IMG/VR virus record: IMGVR_UViG_3300043636_000005
Location: 1-58,004 of that record
Origin: a virus
Lineage: Duplodnaviria > Caudoviricetes
Length of the DNA stretch: 58,004 nt
Reading direction: 5' to 3' (one strand)
The translations under genes were made by a program, and so were the position numbers. Of the stretch, positions 44,144-53,595 are shown piece by piece; positions within the stretch are counted from its first letter, which is position 1; each line of letters begins with the position of its first letter. The notes below the pieces were generated by a model, which saw only the letters and a program-made list of their open reading frames with translations, did no database searches and was not told where the DNA came from.

Positions 44144-44811
44144 TATCCGGGGTCGAGGTTAAAGAACTCGATGCACACGAGGCCGGGGCCGGCGGCGATA
44201 TTGTCCGAAACCTCGGAGTTGAGCGGCCGCCAGACGCCGCCGCCGCCGGGGTTGGGCGAGCGCGCATCGTTGGCCACGCTGTATTGCGCCCGCGCGCCGT
44301 CGCCGCCGAAGCCCAAGGCGCCCATATCGCCCTCGTCGCCCGCCGCCGCGCCGCCATAGAAGGGGTAGGACGAGACCTGCCCAACCCCGCCCGAGCGCTT
44401 GACGTCGCCGATGCAGTCCGCGGCGGCGCCCGGCGCTGTGCTGGTGTTGCCGCCGACCGCCTTACAGATCACCACGCTGTCGGAATTGCGGGTCAAGAGG
44501 CTGTGTTGGGCGGGGAAGTATGCCGAATTGTCCTCCACCGCTCGGCCGACCTGGAGGGTGAAGGCGTCGCCCGGCGCGCTGGAGACCTTGGTCCTGGCGA
44601 AGGCCGCGCCACAGCCCGCGCCATTGCCGCCCAGGTTGTTCATGCCGCTTCCGCCGGCGCCGACCATCGACACCCGCAGCAAGGTGGCCTTGGCCGGGGT
44701 GATGATGGCGACCGGCGCGGGCAGGGTCGAGACCCCGCCGGCGTTGCTTTGGCCCTGATACCACCGGCGCAAGACCAGCCCAGGGTCAGGAAAGAGTTCG
44801 CTCCAAAGCAT
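44140..44811 (-). CDS. Glycine-rich tail-fibre-associated protein, paralog 1
   Basis: VGAGGSG, GAAFART, GDVKRSG and VCIEFFNLDPGY. Confidence 0.65.
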   Translation of the reverse strand: MLWSELFPDPGLVLRRWYQGQSNAGGVSTLPAPVAIITPAKATLLRVSMVGAGGSGMNNLGGNGAGCGAAFARTKVSSAPGDAFTLQVGRAVEDNSAYFPAQHSLLTRNSDSVVICKAVGGNTSTAPGAAADCIGDVKRSGGVGQVSSYPFYGGAAAGDEGDMGALGFGGDGARAQYSVANDARSPNPGGGGVWRPLNSEVSDNIAAGPGLVCIEFFNLDPGY

Positions 44812-44814
44812 GGC

Positions 44815-45765
44815 TCAAACCCTCCAGGTCGCGCCGTCGAAGACCATGTGGACGGTCTGGAAGTCCTTGTTCAGCACCAAGTCGTCGGCGACGCCTTCGA
44901 TGGTCTGGCCGTTGCGGTGGACGGTGATGTTGTGGGTGACGAACTTGCCCTTGATCCAGACTTCGTCGCTGGGCGCCGGGCTGGCGGGGAGATTGACGTC
45001 CAGGCCCGAGCCGGTGGGGTTGACGATGTAGCGCCCGCCCGAGACCGCGGTGATATCGGCCGCCACCACCTGCCAAGGCGACAGCGCCGCGCCGCCGCCC
45101 CCGCCGCCGCCGCCCGAGCCGATGGCGATGGTCGGTTGCGACGGGTGAGCGGTGATGTTCGGGGCGGTGATGGAGGTCGCCCCGTAGGCGACAGCGATCA
45201 GCCACAGCGGGACCTTGCCGGCGTCGACCGCCGGGGCCGTGGCCGAGCCGGTGGCGGCGGCCGCGCCGGCCTTCAGGCTGAGCGTCGCTTTGGCGCGCCG
45301 GTTGGTCGAGATGGGCTCCGAGCGCGGGGCGTTGGGGTTGGTGGAGTTCCAGAATTGTTGCGAGCTGTCGGCGTCGTCGGTTTCGGAATAGAGCGACTGG
45401 ACGAGATAGATGATCGTCTGACCGGCGGTCCCCGGCGCGGTCAGGTCGAATTGCACCGTCCCGCGCAACAGGCCTTGCTTGAGGATTTTGTGGTCCGTCA
45501 GCACGTCGGCGTCCATGCCGCCCTGGCCGAACAGCTTGCCCCAGTCCTCGGCGTCGAGCACGTCGAGCTGATAGTGCCGGCCGGGCCGGACGAGCACGCT
45601 CATCGAGGCCGGCGAGGTCGGCACGCAGGCGAACCCCGCCACCGCCGGGCCGTCGCCGATCAGGTCGCGACCGAACAGTCCAAACGCCTCCATGGCGTAG
45701 CGCTGCGGCTCCAGAATGTGCGTTTCGAGCGGGACTTGGTCGCGGTAGACAGAAACGCGGTCCAT
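44815..45765 (-). CDS. Baseplate-proximal tail fibre protein
   Basis: MDRVSVYRDQVPLET, ILKQG and APAVDAGKVPLW. Follows the baseplate wedge genes. Confidence 0.7.
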   Translation of the reverse strand: MDRVSVYRDQVPLETHILEPQRYAMEAFGLFGRDLIGDGPAVAGFACVPTSPASMSVLVRPGRHYQLDVLDAEDWGKLFGQGGMDADVLTDHKILKQGLLRGTVQFDLTAPGTAGQTIIYLVQSLYSETDDADSSQQFWNSTNPNAPRSEPISTNRRAKATLSLKAGAAAATGSATAPAVDAGKVPLWLIAVAYGATSITAPNITAHPSQPTIAIGSGGGGGGGGAALSPWQVVAADITAVSGGRYIVNPTGSGLDVNLPASPAPSDEVWIKGKFVTHNITVHRNGQTIEGVADDLVLNKDFQTVHMVFDGATWRV

Positions 45766-45787
45766 GAGGGCTTCCTATGGTTGAGGG

Positions 45788-46483
45788 TCAGGACCCGAAG
45801 GGGTTCACGAACCGGATATAGATGGCCACCCCGGCGGCGCGGACGGCGTCGATGGAGCGAATGATGTCTTCCTTGGTCGGGCCGCTGCCGACGATCTCGC
45901 CGGCGTCGACATAGCGGAAGTTCGATCCCGCGGCGCCATAGCCGAACTGGCCAGAGCCCCAGCCCGGCGTGTTGGGGATGCCGTAGCCTTGCGGCTCGGG
46001 GAGCACGACGATGCTCTCATTCGGCGCGCCGTTGGAGCCGTAGCGCCCGGCCCGGCCGTAGGCGAGACAGCCGGCCGCGCCATAGCCGCCGTTGGTGGTG
46101 ACGTCCCAGCCTTCGAACACCTCGATAGGCTCGGCGCCGGTGAGGTCGCGGACAATGTCGATGATCGCTTGCCGGGTGACGCGGCGGCGGAACACCTCGC
46201 GCCGCAGCCGCAGCCGATAGGTGGCGTCGGTGTCGCCCTTGAAGCGGCGGAAGCCATCGGGGCCGAAGAAATCCAGCGCCGCGAGGTCCAGCCAGCCGCC
46301 GTCCATGGTGGCCAGCCTTGCTTGGCGGCGCGCGAACGTCAGCAGGTCCCAGATGGAGGCGAAGGCCGCCGCCAGCCCGTAGAGCAGGGCGTCCAGCACC
46401 GGCGTGGGGTCGGTGGTGCGGCCGTACCATCGCGGCATATAGCGCCGGATGCGCAGCGCGATATCGTCGGGGTCGCCGATCAC
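45788..46483 (-). CDS. Baseplate wedge protein (gpI-like)
   Basis: RQARLAT...WLDLAALDFFG...DATYRLR. Downstream of gpJ. Confidence 0.75.
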   Translation of the reverse strand: MIGDPDDIALRIRRYMPRWYGRTTDPTPVLDALLYGLAAAFASIWDLLTFARRQARLATMDGGWLDLAALDFFGPDGFRRFKGDTDATYRLRLRREVFRRRVTRQAIIDIVRDLTGAEPIEVFEGWDVTTNGGYGAAGCLAYGRAGRYGSNGAPNESIVVLPEPQGYGIPNTPGWGSGQFGYGAAGSNFRYVDAGEIVGSGPTKEDIIRSIDAVRAAGVAIYIRFVNPFGS

Positions 46484-47640
46484 AGCGGCGTTCCCGTGAC
46501 GGTCCCGGCCTTGACCACCTTGTACTTCAGCGGGGTGATATCAGCCGTCCCGCCGTTGATCGTCAGACCGATGACCTCGCGGATGCTGTCGGCGGCGTCA
46601 TAGATCGCCCCATAAAGGCGGTTGTAGATCAGCTTTTCCCCCAGCTCGCGGCCGTCGACGTAGAGCCGCGCGGCCGCCTGCGCCGCCGACAGGTCGGCCG
46701 CCTCGTGGCCGGTGGCCTGGAGGTCCAGGGTGTAGGCGATGTTGACCGGGATCACGGTCGGGGCGTAGACGGCGGCCTGCACCCCATCGGCGCGGTGAAG
46801 CCGGACCTGGGCGGAAGCCGCCTCGATCAGGCTTGCCGGGGGATAGCCGGTGCCGTCGTCCACGATCACATAGAAGAACCCGCCGCGCGGCGTGCCGTCG
46901 AGGTCTTCGAACTCCACCACCTTGGCTTGAACGCCCGAGCCGAGCGCCTCGATGTTGGCGACAATGGCGTCGTCCGTGCCCTCCCGCAGCGAGCGCACCC
47001 AGGCGCGGAACCGGATCTTGTAGGCCTCGTCTTGCTCCGCATCGAGACCGCCGGCGAAGTCCGCCGGGTTGCTCACGAGGTCGACGCCGGGAATGGCGGT
47101 GGTGATGACCGATATCGCCCCGGCCTGGACGTTGGAGGCCATGCCGCCGGTCACCGCCTGGGCGGGGACCTGGAGGCTGGCCACGGTGTTGGCCATCAGG
47201 TAGCCGTCGAGGTCCGGCCGCCAGGAGGTCAAGGTGGCGTCGAGAGTGACCTTGAAGCGCTGGCGGTTGTCGCGGGTCTCCACCGTGGCGCCGAGCGGGA
47301 TCAGCACTTCGCCAGTCGCCGACAGCCGGGAGAACTCCACCAAGCCCTTGGAGGGCGCGGCGCTGAACCGCGCCAGCAAGGGCGTATCGCCATCGGTCAT
47401 CGGCCCGGCGAAGTCGGCGACGAAGCTGTCGACGTCGAGGCTGGCGGAGGTGGTGAGGCGGGTCATCCTGAGCACCGCCAGGACGTTGGCTTGCAGCCAC
47501 AGCGCCACCCCGCCGACCGCCTGGATAAGCGCCCGCAGGACGGAGCCCTGACCGAAGTCCAGCAACCCGGAAGCCTTGGATTGGACGGCGGCGGCCTGGA
47601 GCTGGACTAGCTCCCGGTGGGTCTTCTGCGTCACCGCCAT
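46480..47640 (-). CDS. Baseplate J-like protein
   Basis: GSVLRAL, GNVQAGAIS-like motif and AGGLDAEQDEAYKIR. Confidence 0.88.
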   Translation of the reverse strand: MAVTQKTHRELVQLQAAAVQSKASGLLDFGQGSVLRALIQAVGGVALWLQANVLAVLRMTRLTTSASLDVDSFVADFAGPMTDGDTPLLARFSAAPSKGLVEFSRLSATGEVLIPLGATVETRDNRQRFKVTLDATLTSWRPDLDGYLMANTVASLQVPAQAVTGGMASNVQAGAISVITTAIPGVDLVSNPADFAGGLDAEQDEAYKIRFRAWVRSLREGTDDAIVANIEALGSGVQAKVVEFEDLDGTPRGGFFYVIVDDGTGYPPASLIEAASAQVRLHRADGVQAAVYAPTVIPVNIAYTLDLQATGHEAADLSAAQAAARLYVDGRELGEKLIYNRLYGAIYDAADSIREVIGLTINGGTADITPLKYKVVKAGTVTGTPL

Positions 47641-47651
47641 CGGGGTTGGTC

Positions 47652-48041
47652 CTATTCGGTCAGGTCGAAACTCAGCGACACAGGTTGCTTATCAGGCAGG
47701 GTCCAATAGGTCACGGCGACGCTTAGGCCGTTGGCGATCTCGCGGACGTTGATCTGTGGAGCAGGGGCGGTTGCGACGCTGGCCTCAAGCGCGAGCTGGC
47801 CGCGGACGATGGCGCGGACCTTGGCGAGGTCGACATTGGCGCCGATGTCCTGCGGCAGGCCGGCGCCATAGGCGGGCTCCCAGATGTATTCGGCGCCGGC
47901 GCGCGCGGTCATCAGCCGGCGCAAAAGCCGTTGCTGCGTGCGCTGCGCCCCGTTGGCGCGGGCGAGGTCGCCGGACGGCGAAAGCTGGAGGTCCTGGCCC
48001 CAGACGTGGGCGATATCATCGAGCGTTGGGGTGCTGGCCAT
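47652..48041 (-). CDS. Baseplate gp25/W-like protein
   Basis: DLQLSPSGDL...QRLLRRLMT...YGAGL. Confidence 0.75.
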   Translation of the reverse strand: MASTPTLDDIAHVWGQDLQLSPSGDLARANGAQRTQQRLLRRLMTARAGAEYIWEPAYGAGLPQDIGANVDLAKVRAIVRGQLALEASVATAPAPQINVREIANGLSVAVTYWTLPDKQPVSLSFDLTE

Positions 48042-48047
48042 GGGGTC

Positions 48048-48626
48048 CTAGCTCGGGTTGGGCGGGTCGGTCGGTTGCTGGGCGTCGCCGTGGCTGTCGT
48101 TCGGCTGGTCGTGGTTGTGTTCGGACAGGCTGATGTCGCCGGCCTTGACCAGCCCGCCGGCCAGCACGTCGACGCCCACCGTGACGGTCTCGGAGACATG
48201 CAGCGGCCCGACGTGGGTCCACTCGCCGCGCGAGGTGATGGTGCCGTCCTGGCCCAGCACGATGGCGGCGGTGTCGTCGCGGGCGCGCAGGTGGATTTCC
48301 CCCGGCATGATGCGCGGCGGCGGGTCCTGATCGCTGGACAGCGCGCCGATGATCACCCCGGAGTTGATATCGCCCTGGATGAACAGCACGATCACCTGAT
48401 CGTCAATCGACGGGCCGAAGTAGGCGCCCCAGGCCTGCCCGGCCATGCCCACGGCGATGGGGAGCCAGCCGCTTTCGACGTCTTCCGGCATGACCCGCAC
48501 CTTGGCGATGTAGCCGTCTGGGTCATAGGAGGAGACCAGCCCGACGCGCGCCACCATCCGGCCTCTGTCGGCCGAGGCCATCATGGCCCCGAGGTTGGAC
48601 GTGAGCTTCTGGTAGCCGGCGGTCAT
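48048..48626 (-). CDS. Baseplate central spike (gpV-like)
   Basis: GLVSSYDP, SGWLP, PSIDDQV and C-terminal HNH metal-binding tip. Confidence 0.85.
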   Translation of the reverse strand: MTAGYQKLTSNLGAMMASADRGRMVARVGLVSSYDPDGYIAKVRVMPEDVESGWLPIAVGMAGQAWGAYFGPSIDDQVIVLFIQGDINSGVIIGALSSDQDPPPRIMPGEIHLRARDDTAAIVLGQDGTITSRGEWTHVGPLHVSETVTVGVDVLAGGLVKAGDISLSEHNHDQPNDSHGDAQQPTDPPNPS

Positions 48627-49741
48627 AGCGCGCCTTGATCTTCGGTCGGGTGGTTCTTCGCCGAGAGCGTCATGCTGTAGCCCTCGTCCACCGACCATTC
48701 GCGCCCGATGGCCTCGGGATAGTACAGCGCATCAAAGGTGGTCCCGGTCCCCTCCAGGCGGATGAGGTCGGAAATCCCGACGTTCAGGCCGGGCCCGCTA
48801 TAGTCCAACTTCCGCTCGTGCTGCGATAGCTCGGCGAGCAGTTGATTGGCCTTTTGCTGCGCCTGATCGGCCGAAAGTCCGGGGATATTGTAGGAGAACT
48901 CTTGCTTGGTCCCGCCGCCCTGGCGCTTGGCGGTCTTGGTGACGCTGGTCTTCGATTTCTGACCCCACGAACGAACAGTCACGGTGATATCGCCGGCCAC
49001 AGTGAGCGTCCGGTGGGTCTCCAGGCGGCTGTAATTGCCGGTCGCCACCGCGTCGGCGGCCAACTGGCTGCGGTTGATTACGAAGGGCGTGGCGGCCTCT
49101 TCGGTGGTGCGCGGGCCGAAATACAGCGTCCGGCCCTGGACATAGGTCACGAAGCCGCTTTCGCGCGCCAGCCAGGACAACAGGTCCCATTCGGTGCGTT
49201 CCGACTGGATTTCCACGTTGTCGGCCTTGTAGAGCCGGCCGACCTTGTCGGTGGTGGCGGTGACCACCGCGTCGAGGCCGTACTTTTTCGCCAGGGTCTC
49301 GGCGACGTCGCTGGCGGTGCGGTTGATGAACTTTTCGGAGGTCTTGGCCTCCATCAGCTTGGCGGTCAGGTCGCGGCCCGAGACGATCAGCTCGCCGGTC
49401 ATCCAGTCGTTCGTAATGTCGTCCATCGCCCCGACGAACACCAAGGGCAGGTCCGAGGCCGTGAAGCTGAACGGGTCGTTGACGTAGCCGCAGCGGATTT
49501 CCAGCTCGGCGCCGACCTCCAGGCTGTCGAACCACGCCGCCCCACGATCCTTCGGCAAGGTCGCCTCCGCCCAGACGGCGCCGAAGCTGTCGGGCGAGCT
49601 GAACTCGTTCTCAGAGGTCGACCACGATATCAACCCGCCGATGTCCTCGCCGTTGATCAGCACCGCGGCGCGCGGGTAGCGCACCGGCTCGTCCCGGCGC
49701 CGGCCGATCACCACGACTTCGGAGATGGTGGTTTCAGCCAT
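48623..49741 (-). CDS. Baseplate hub (gpD/late control D-like)
   Basis: SGRDLTAKL and TEWDLLSWLARESG. Confidence 0.8.
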   Translation of the reverse strand: MAETTISEVVVIGRRRDEPVRYPRAAVLINGEDIGGLISWSTSENEFSSPDSFGAVWAEATLPKDRGAAWFDSLEVGAELEIRCGYVNDPFSFTASDLPLVFVGAMDDITNDWMTGELIVSGRDLTAKLMEAKTSEKFINRTASDVAETLAKKYGLDAVVTATTDKVGRLYKADNVEIQSERTEWDLLSWLARESGFVTYVQGRTLYFGPRTTEEAATPFVINRSQLAADAVATGNYSRLETHRTLTVAGDITVTVRSWGQKSKTSVTKTAKRQGGGTKQEFSYNIPGLSADQAQQKANQLLAELSQHERKLDYSGPGLNVGISDLIRLEGTGTTFDALYYPEAIGREWSVDEGYSMTLSAKNHPTEDQGAL

Positions 49742-50687
49742 TGAGCACGCCGCCGGTGTCTTGCGGGTTGGGGGGAATGACGAGGTCTTGCGCGCCGATC
49801 AAATCCGGGTCCAGCAAGCCGTTGGCCCGCGCGATGGTCGACCACTCCGCGGCGTCGCCATAGACCCGCTGGGCGATGCTGAACAGGTTGCCGTTGGCGA
49901 TGGTCACCACCGAACCGTTGGTGCCGATGGCCTGTAGATTGGTCTCCATCCGCCCCAGGAAGGCGTCGGCTTCGAACGCCGCCACTCCGTCGCGCGCGGC
50001 CTCCACCTGCGCCAGGAGCCCGCCGGTGAGGTCGCGGGCGTAGAGGCCAGGGACCACGCCGCCGACCGCGCTGACGGAGCCCATGACGGTCTCGGCGGCC
50101 TGGAAGACGTCGTCCACCGCCGCGCGCGCCGCCAACACCGGGCGCAGCACCGAATTAAGCTGGTCCTGCGTGGCCTGGGCGAAATCCCGCACCTTGCCGA
50201 CCGCCGCGGTGACGCCGGACAGCGCGCCCGACAGCGCCGACACCCCGCTGACGGACTTGGCCGCCGACCCGAGGTCGCCATTGATCATCTGCGTCGGGCC
50301 GACCGAAGCCGCCTGGGCGGCGCCGGCGGTGTCGTTGGTGACGACTTCCAGATGGATCGAATAGAGGATTTCCCGCGGCGACTGGAAGCGCGTCCCGAAG
50401 TCCACGATGAGGACCGTGTAAGCCCGCTCAGCCCAGGTCAGGGTGACCGGCTTCATGGCGCGGAACAGCCCGTCTATGGCGTTCGCGCGGTCCTGGGCGT
50501 CGGGGCCGCGGAACCGGCCGCTCCACTCCATCGGCCGCTCATCGACGCCCATGACGTGGAAGCGCTTGGCGCCGCCCGCCAGCCGGAAGGTCTTGACCTC
50601 CAGCGAGCCGCCGGCGCCCATCTCCTCGGGGACTTCGAAGCCGCGGAACTCGGTCCCGCCGAGCACGAGGTGAACGGTCTGGCTCAT
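49734..50687 (-). CDS. Tail tube initiator with C-terminal LysM-like domain
   Basis: Real start MSQTVHL is ATGA-coupled to the tape measure gene. LFSIAQRVYGDAAEWSTIARANGL. Confidence 0.75.
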   Translation of the reverse strand: MSQTVHLVLGGTEFRGFEVPEEMGAGGSLEVKTFRLAGGAKRFHVMGVDERPMEWSGRFRGPDAQDRANAIDGLFRAMKPVTLTWAERAYTVLIVDFGTRFQSPREILYSIHLEVVTNDTAGAAQAASVGPTQMINGDLGSAAKSVSGVSALSGALSGVTAAVGKVRDFAQATQDQLNSVLRPVLAARAAVDDVFQAAETVMGSVSAVGGVVPGLYARDLTGGLLAQVEAARDGVAAFEADAFLGRMETNLQAIGTNGSVVTIANGNLFSIAQRVYGDAAEWSTIARANGLLDPDLIGAQDLVIPPNPQDTGGVLNG

Positions 50688-52576
50688 CGGTGATAGCCTC
50701 CAGCGGTCGCGGCGGGGGTGGCGGACGGGTCGTGGCGGACCACGCCGACGCGGGTCTGGCTGGTCGCCTTGGCCTGATGGCCGGAGACGATCTCGCCGAC
50801 CTTGCGGCCGTCCATCATCACCACCCCGCCCGAGGCGAAACGGTTCATGGCGGCGGCCGATGGCACGTAGGGCGAGCGCTTGCGCTCCCCGCCGCCGAGA
50901 AGGTTGGTCTGTTCGGTGGTGACCACGCCGGGCGCGCCGATGCCGAGCATGTCGGCGATGCCGTTCTTGACCTTGCGGAAAAAGGCCGAAATCTGCGGCC
51001 AGAAGGTGATGAGCAGGGCTACAGCGGTGATGACCAGCCCAATCGGCCCCATGAACCGCAGGAACAGCAGCCCGAGCCGGCCGATCCACGGCAACAGGCC
51101 CTCGATCATGAGAATGCTCATCGCCGCCCGCAGCCGGCCGAGCCCGACCACCACGCCCGCAATCACCCCGCCGCCGCCGAGCATGCTGAACACCAGCCCG
51201 AGCCCGATGAAGGCCGCCCGCAGCAGCAGGACGTAACCGCCGATCACCGCCATAATCGACAGGCCGGTGAACCCCAGGATCAGCGCCTTGAACATGCCGG
51301 GGTGCTTGAGGCTGAAGTCTGATATCGCCTTCAGCACCGGCAGGAAGGCCCCGAGCGCGGCGACCGCCAAGGGGATCAGGGCTTCGCCGGCGGCTTCCTT
51401 GACGTTGGCCCACTGAGCGGAGACCTGGATGCGCCGGCCCGCCAGGGTGCGCCCGCCGACCGCGGCGGCTTGCTCGGGCGTCATGGCGACCCGCTGCGCC
51501 TCCACCGACGCTTCGATGACGTGCTGTTGGCGGCGGAAGACGGAAAACATCATGCCGCCGGTGCGCCCGCCGATCAGGGCGTCTTCGCGGTCCATTTGCT
51601 GCGGCGTGAAGCCGGCGCGCTGATACCACGGCAGGACGTTGGCCTTGTACCAATCGAACTGCGAGGTCCCGAAGGTCTGGGCGTCACGCAGCGGGTTGCC
51701 GGCGAACGCCTTGATGCCGCCCTGGCTGTTCCAGGTGATCTTGGAGCCGTCCCAGATGCCAGCGTTGACGAGGTCGTGGGCCACCTGATTGGGCAGCTTC
51801 ACCAGCCCGTTAAGCCGGTTGAACGAGGTCATGTAGGCGGTGCCGGCGCGCGACTTCAGTTCGCCAATCACCGGCTCCATCTGGCCGAACATGGCGGTGT
51901 CGCTCATCCCCTGGCCGGCGACGCCCGAGGTGGCGAGGAACTGGCGATACAGCTCCCAGGAGACATTTCCCTTAGAGCCCTGGATAGCCTTGTAACCCTG
52001 GGTGGCGATCTCCTTGAACCGCTGCGGCGAGTTCAGCCCGCCGCGCATCTCCACAAAGCGCAACATGGCCATCGAACTGGCGTCCATCTTGCCGGCCTCG
52101 TCCGGGTGCAATGAGGCGTTGGCGAAGCGCATTTGCGCCAGGAACGGCGTGGCGAGCTTCGCCGCCGCCAGCGCGCCGGGACCGCTGACGCCGGACTGGC
52201 GGAAGACCCCCTGGGCCTCGGTGAACAGCCGCATTTTCTCGGTCCACGACACCCCGATGACGTCCATCGCCTTGACGAACTTCACCGCGTCCTGGGTCGC
52301 CGCCTCGCCGATGCCGAGGGTGCGGAGGTTGGCGACTTCGGTCTGGAACTTCCTGGCCTCCTCCAGGCCCGCGCGCATGGCGTGGAGCCCCATCATCCCG
52401 CCGCCGAGCAAGGCCGCGCCGCCCATGGTCAAGGCGCCCATCGCGCGAAGCTTGCCATGGAGGTTTTCGACGTCGCGCCCGGTGGTCGCCAGGGCGGTGG
52501 ACATCCTGGCAAGGCCGTGAGTTACGTCCTGGACAAGCGAGACGCGCACGGCCACGGAATATGCGCTGAAGGCCAT
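50684..52576 (-). CDS. Tape measure protein
   Basis: 630 aa Ala/Gly-rich helical protein with hydrophobic segments, downstream of the tail chaperone. Confidence 0.8.
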   Translation of the reverse strand: MAFSAYSVAVRVSLVQDVTHGLARMSTALATTGRDVENLHGKLRAMGALTMGGAALLGGGMMGLHAMRAGLEEARKFQTEVANLRTLGIGEAATQDAVKFVKAMDVIGVSWTEKMRLFTEAQGVFRQSGVSGPGALAAAKLATPFLAQMRFANASLHPDEAGKMDASSMAMLRFVEMRGGLNSPQRFKEIATQGYKAIQGSKGNVSWELYRQFLATSGVAGQGMSDTAMFGQMEPVIGELKSRAGTAYMTSFNRLNGLVKLPNQVAHDLVNAGIWDGSKITWNSQGGIKAFAGNPLRDAQTFGTSQFDWYKANVLPWYQRAGFTPQQMDREDALIGGRTGGMMFSVFRRQQHVIEASVEAQRVAMTPEQAAAVGGRTLAGRRIQVSAQWANVKEAAGEALIPLAVAALGAFLPVLKAISDFSLKHPGMFKALILGFTGLSIMAVIGGYVLLLRAAFIGLGLVFSMLGGGGVIAGVVVGLGRLRAAMSILMIEGLLPWIGRLGLLFLRFMGPIGLVITAVALLITFWPQISAFFRKVKNGIADMLGIGAPGVVTTEQTNLLGGGERKRSPYVPSAAAMNRFASGGVVMMDGRKVGEIVSGHQAKATSQTRVGVVRHDPSATPAATAGGYHR

Positions 52577-52611
52577 GATATCGCTCCACCCCGGCCCATG
52601 AGCTAGACCAC

Positions 52612-52920
52612 ATGCCCCGTTATAGCCGCTTTGCGTACGACTACCGAAGCCTCCACGGGGTGTTGCCTGGGGACGATGAGGTGGAAGACGCCGAGTTCAC
52701 GGTGGTCGAGGATCGTTCGGGCCTGCAACGCGCGCTCGGGGCCGGATCACCGCCGGCGGGCCGCGACCTGCGGGCCGAGGACCTCAAGTTCCAGAGGCTC
52801 GCGCGGCTTGGCCTGGGCGTCCTGTTCGCCGTGCTCTGCGTGGTCTTCGGCTTGCTGGTCGGGGCCTTGATCGCCGGGCTGGGAATGCTGGTCGCCACCG
52901 CGATATCACTGGCGACCTAG
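52612..52920 (+). CDS. Membrane protein on the opposite strand in the tail operon
   Basis: Acidic N-terminus and a ~35-aa hydrophobic C-terminus. Fills the gap exactly. Confidence 0.6.
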   Translation: MPRYSRFAYDYRSLHGVLPGDDEVEDAEFTVVEDRSGLQRALGAGSPPAGRDLRAEDLKFQRLARLGLGVLFAVLCVVFGLLVGALIAGLGMLVATAISLAT

Positions 52921-53408
52921 CCGATGCGGTAGAGCGCCTTGGCCTGATTGACGTCGCCCATCAGGCCGGCGACCGCCGCGGCGCCCAGGAGCTTGGCGAT
53001 GGCCTCGCCATTGCGCAGCGCCGCCGGACCCCAGACCGGACGCGGCGGCATTTTCGCCGTGCCGAGTTCATGCCACAGCATCTTTTCATCGGTGGCGCCG
53101 GCGATGACCTCCAGCCGGCCGGGGTCGACCTCGTGTTGAAACGAGGCGAGCATTTCCCCGGTCCTGACCAATGGGTTCGGCGTGGCGTATCCGCTGCGGC
53201 CCTTCTCGGCCTCGTAGGCGGGGCTGAGCGGCGCCCAGGCTGGGAAGGGACCGACAGCCCCTTGATAGTCCCCCAGCTCGGCGCGCGCGGTGTTCTCGAT
53301 CAGCGCCCCTACCTGTTCCAGGCCGTGGTTCAGGGCCATGACGACTTCGGTCTGGGCGATGACCATATGCGCGGCCAGCTCTAGCAGCGATCCGAAGCGC
53401 CGTTCCAT
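52917..53408 (-). CDS. Virion morphogenesis/tail completion protein
   Basis: WAPLS, PLVRTGEMLAS and HELGTAKMPPRP. Confidence 0.75.
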   Translation of the reverse strand: MERRFGSLLELAAHMVIAQTEVVMALNHGLEQVGALIENTARAELGDYQGAVGPFPAWAPLSPAYEAEKGRSGYATPNPLVRTGEMLASFQHEVDPGRLEVIAGATDEKMLWHELGTAKMPPRPVWGPAALRNGEAIAKLLGAAAVAGLMGDVNQAKALYRIG

Positions 53409-53409
53409 C

Positions 53410-53595
53410 TCACCCTCCCTTGGGGTCTTCGAACTGCATCGTATCCCAGTTGAAGCGGTTGCCGTGCATCTCGGAGAAGTTGATGGCGAAGGCGATGCGT
53501 TCCCGCTCGCCCAGCGAAAACGCCAGATCGAACGGGACGCCGTTTTTAACGAGCCACAGCGCCTCTTGCAGCGCTGGGCTCGTGGCTAGTTTTTT
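53410..53595 (-). CDS. -1 frameshift extension of the tail assembly chaperone
   Basis: A_AAA_AAC at 53589-53595 opens LATSPALQEALWLVKNGVPFDLAF...NWDTMQFEDPKGG. Confidence 0.75.
   Translation of the reverse strand, partial: KKLATSPALQEALWLVKNGVPFDLAFSLGERERIAFAINFSEMHGNRFNWDTMQFEDPKGG

Noticed and set aside
43520-44811. Diversity-generating retroelement or invertible tail-fibre switch
   Set aside because: No reverse transcriptase or invertase, and the paralogs are not near-identical at DNA level.
50688-51653. N-terminal half of the 639-aa ORF 49734-51653
   Set aside because: Arg-rich off-frame read of the tape measure gene. The real start is the ATG at 50687.
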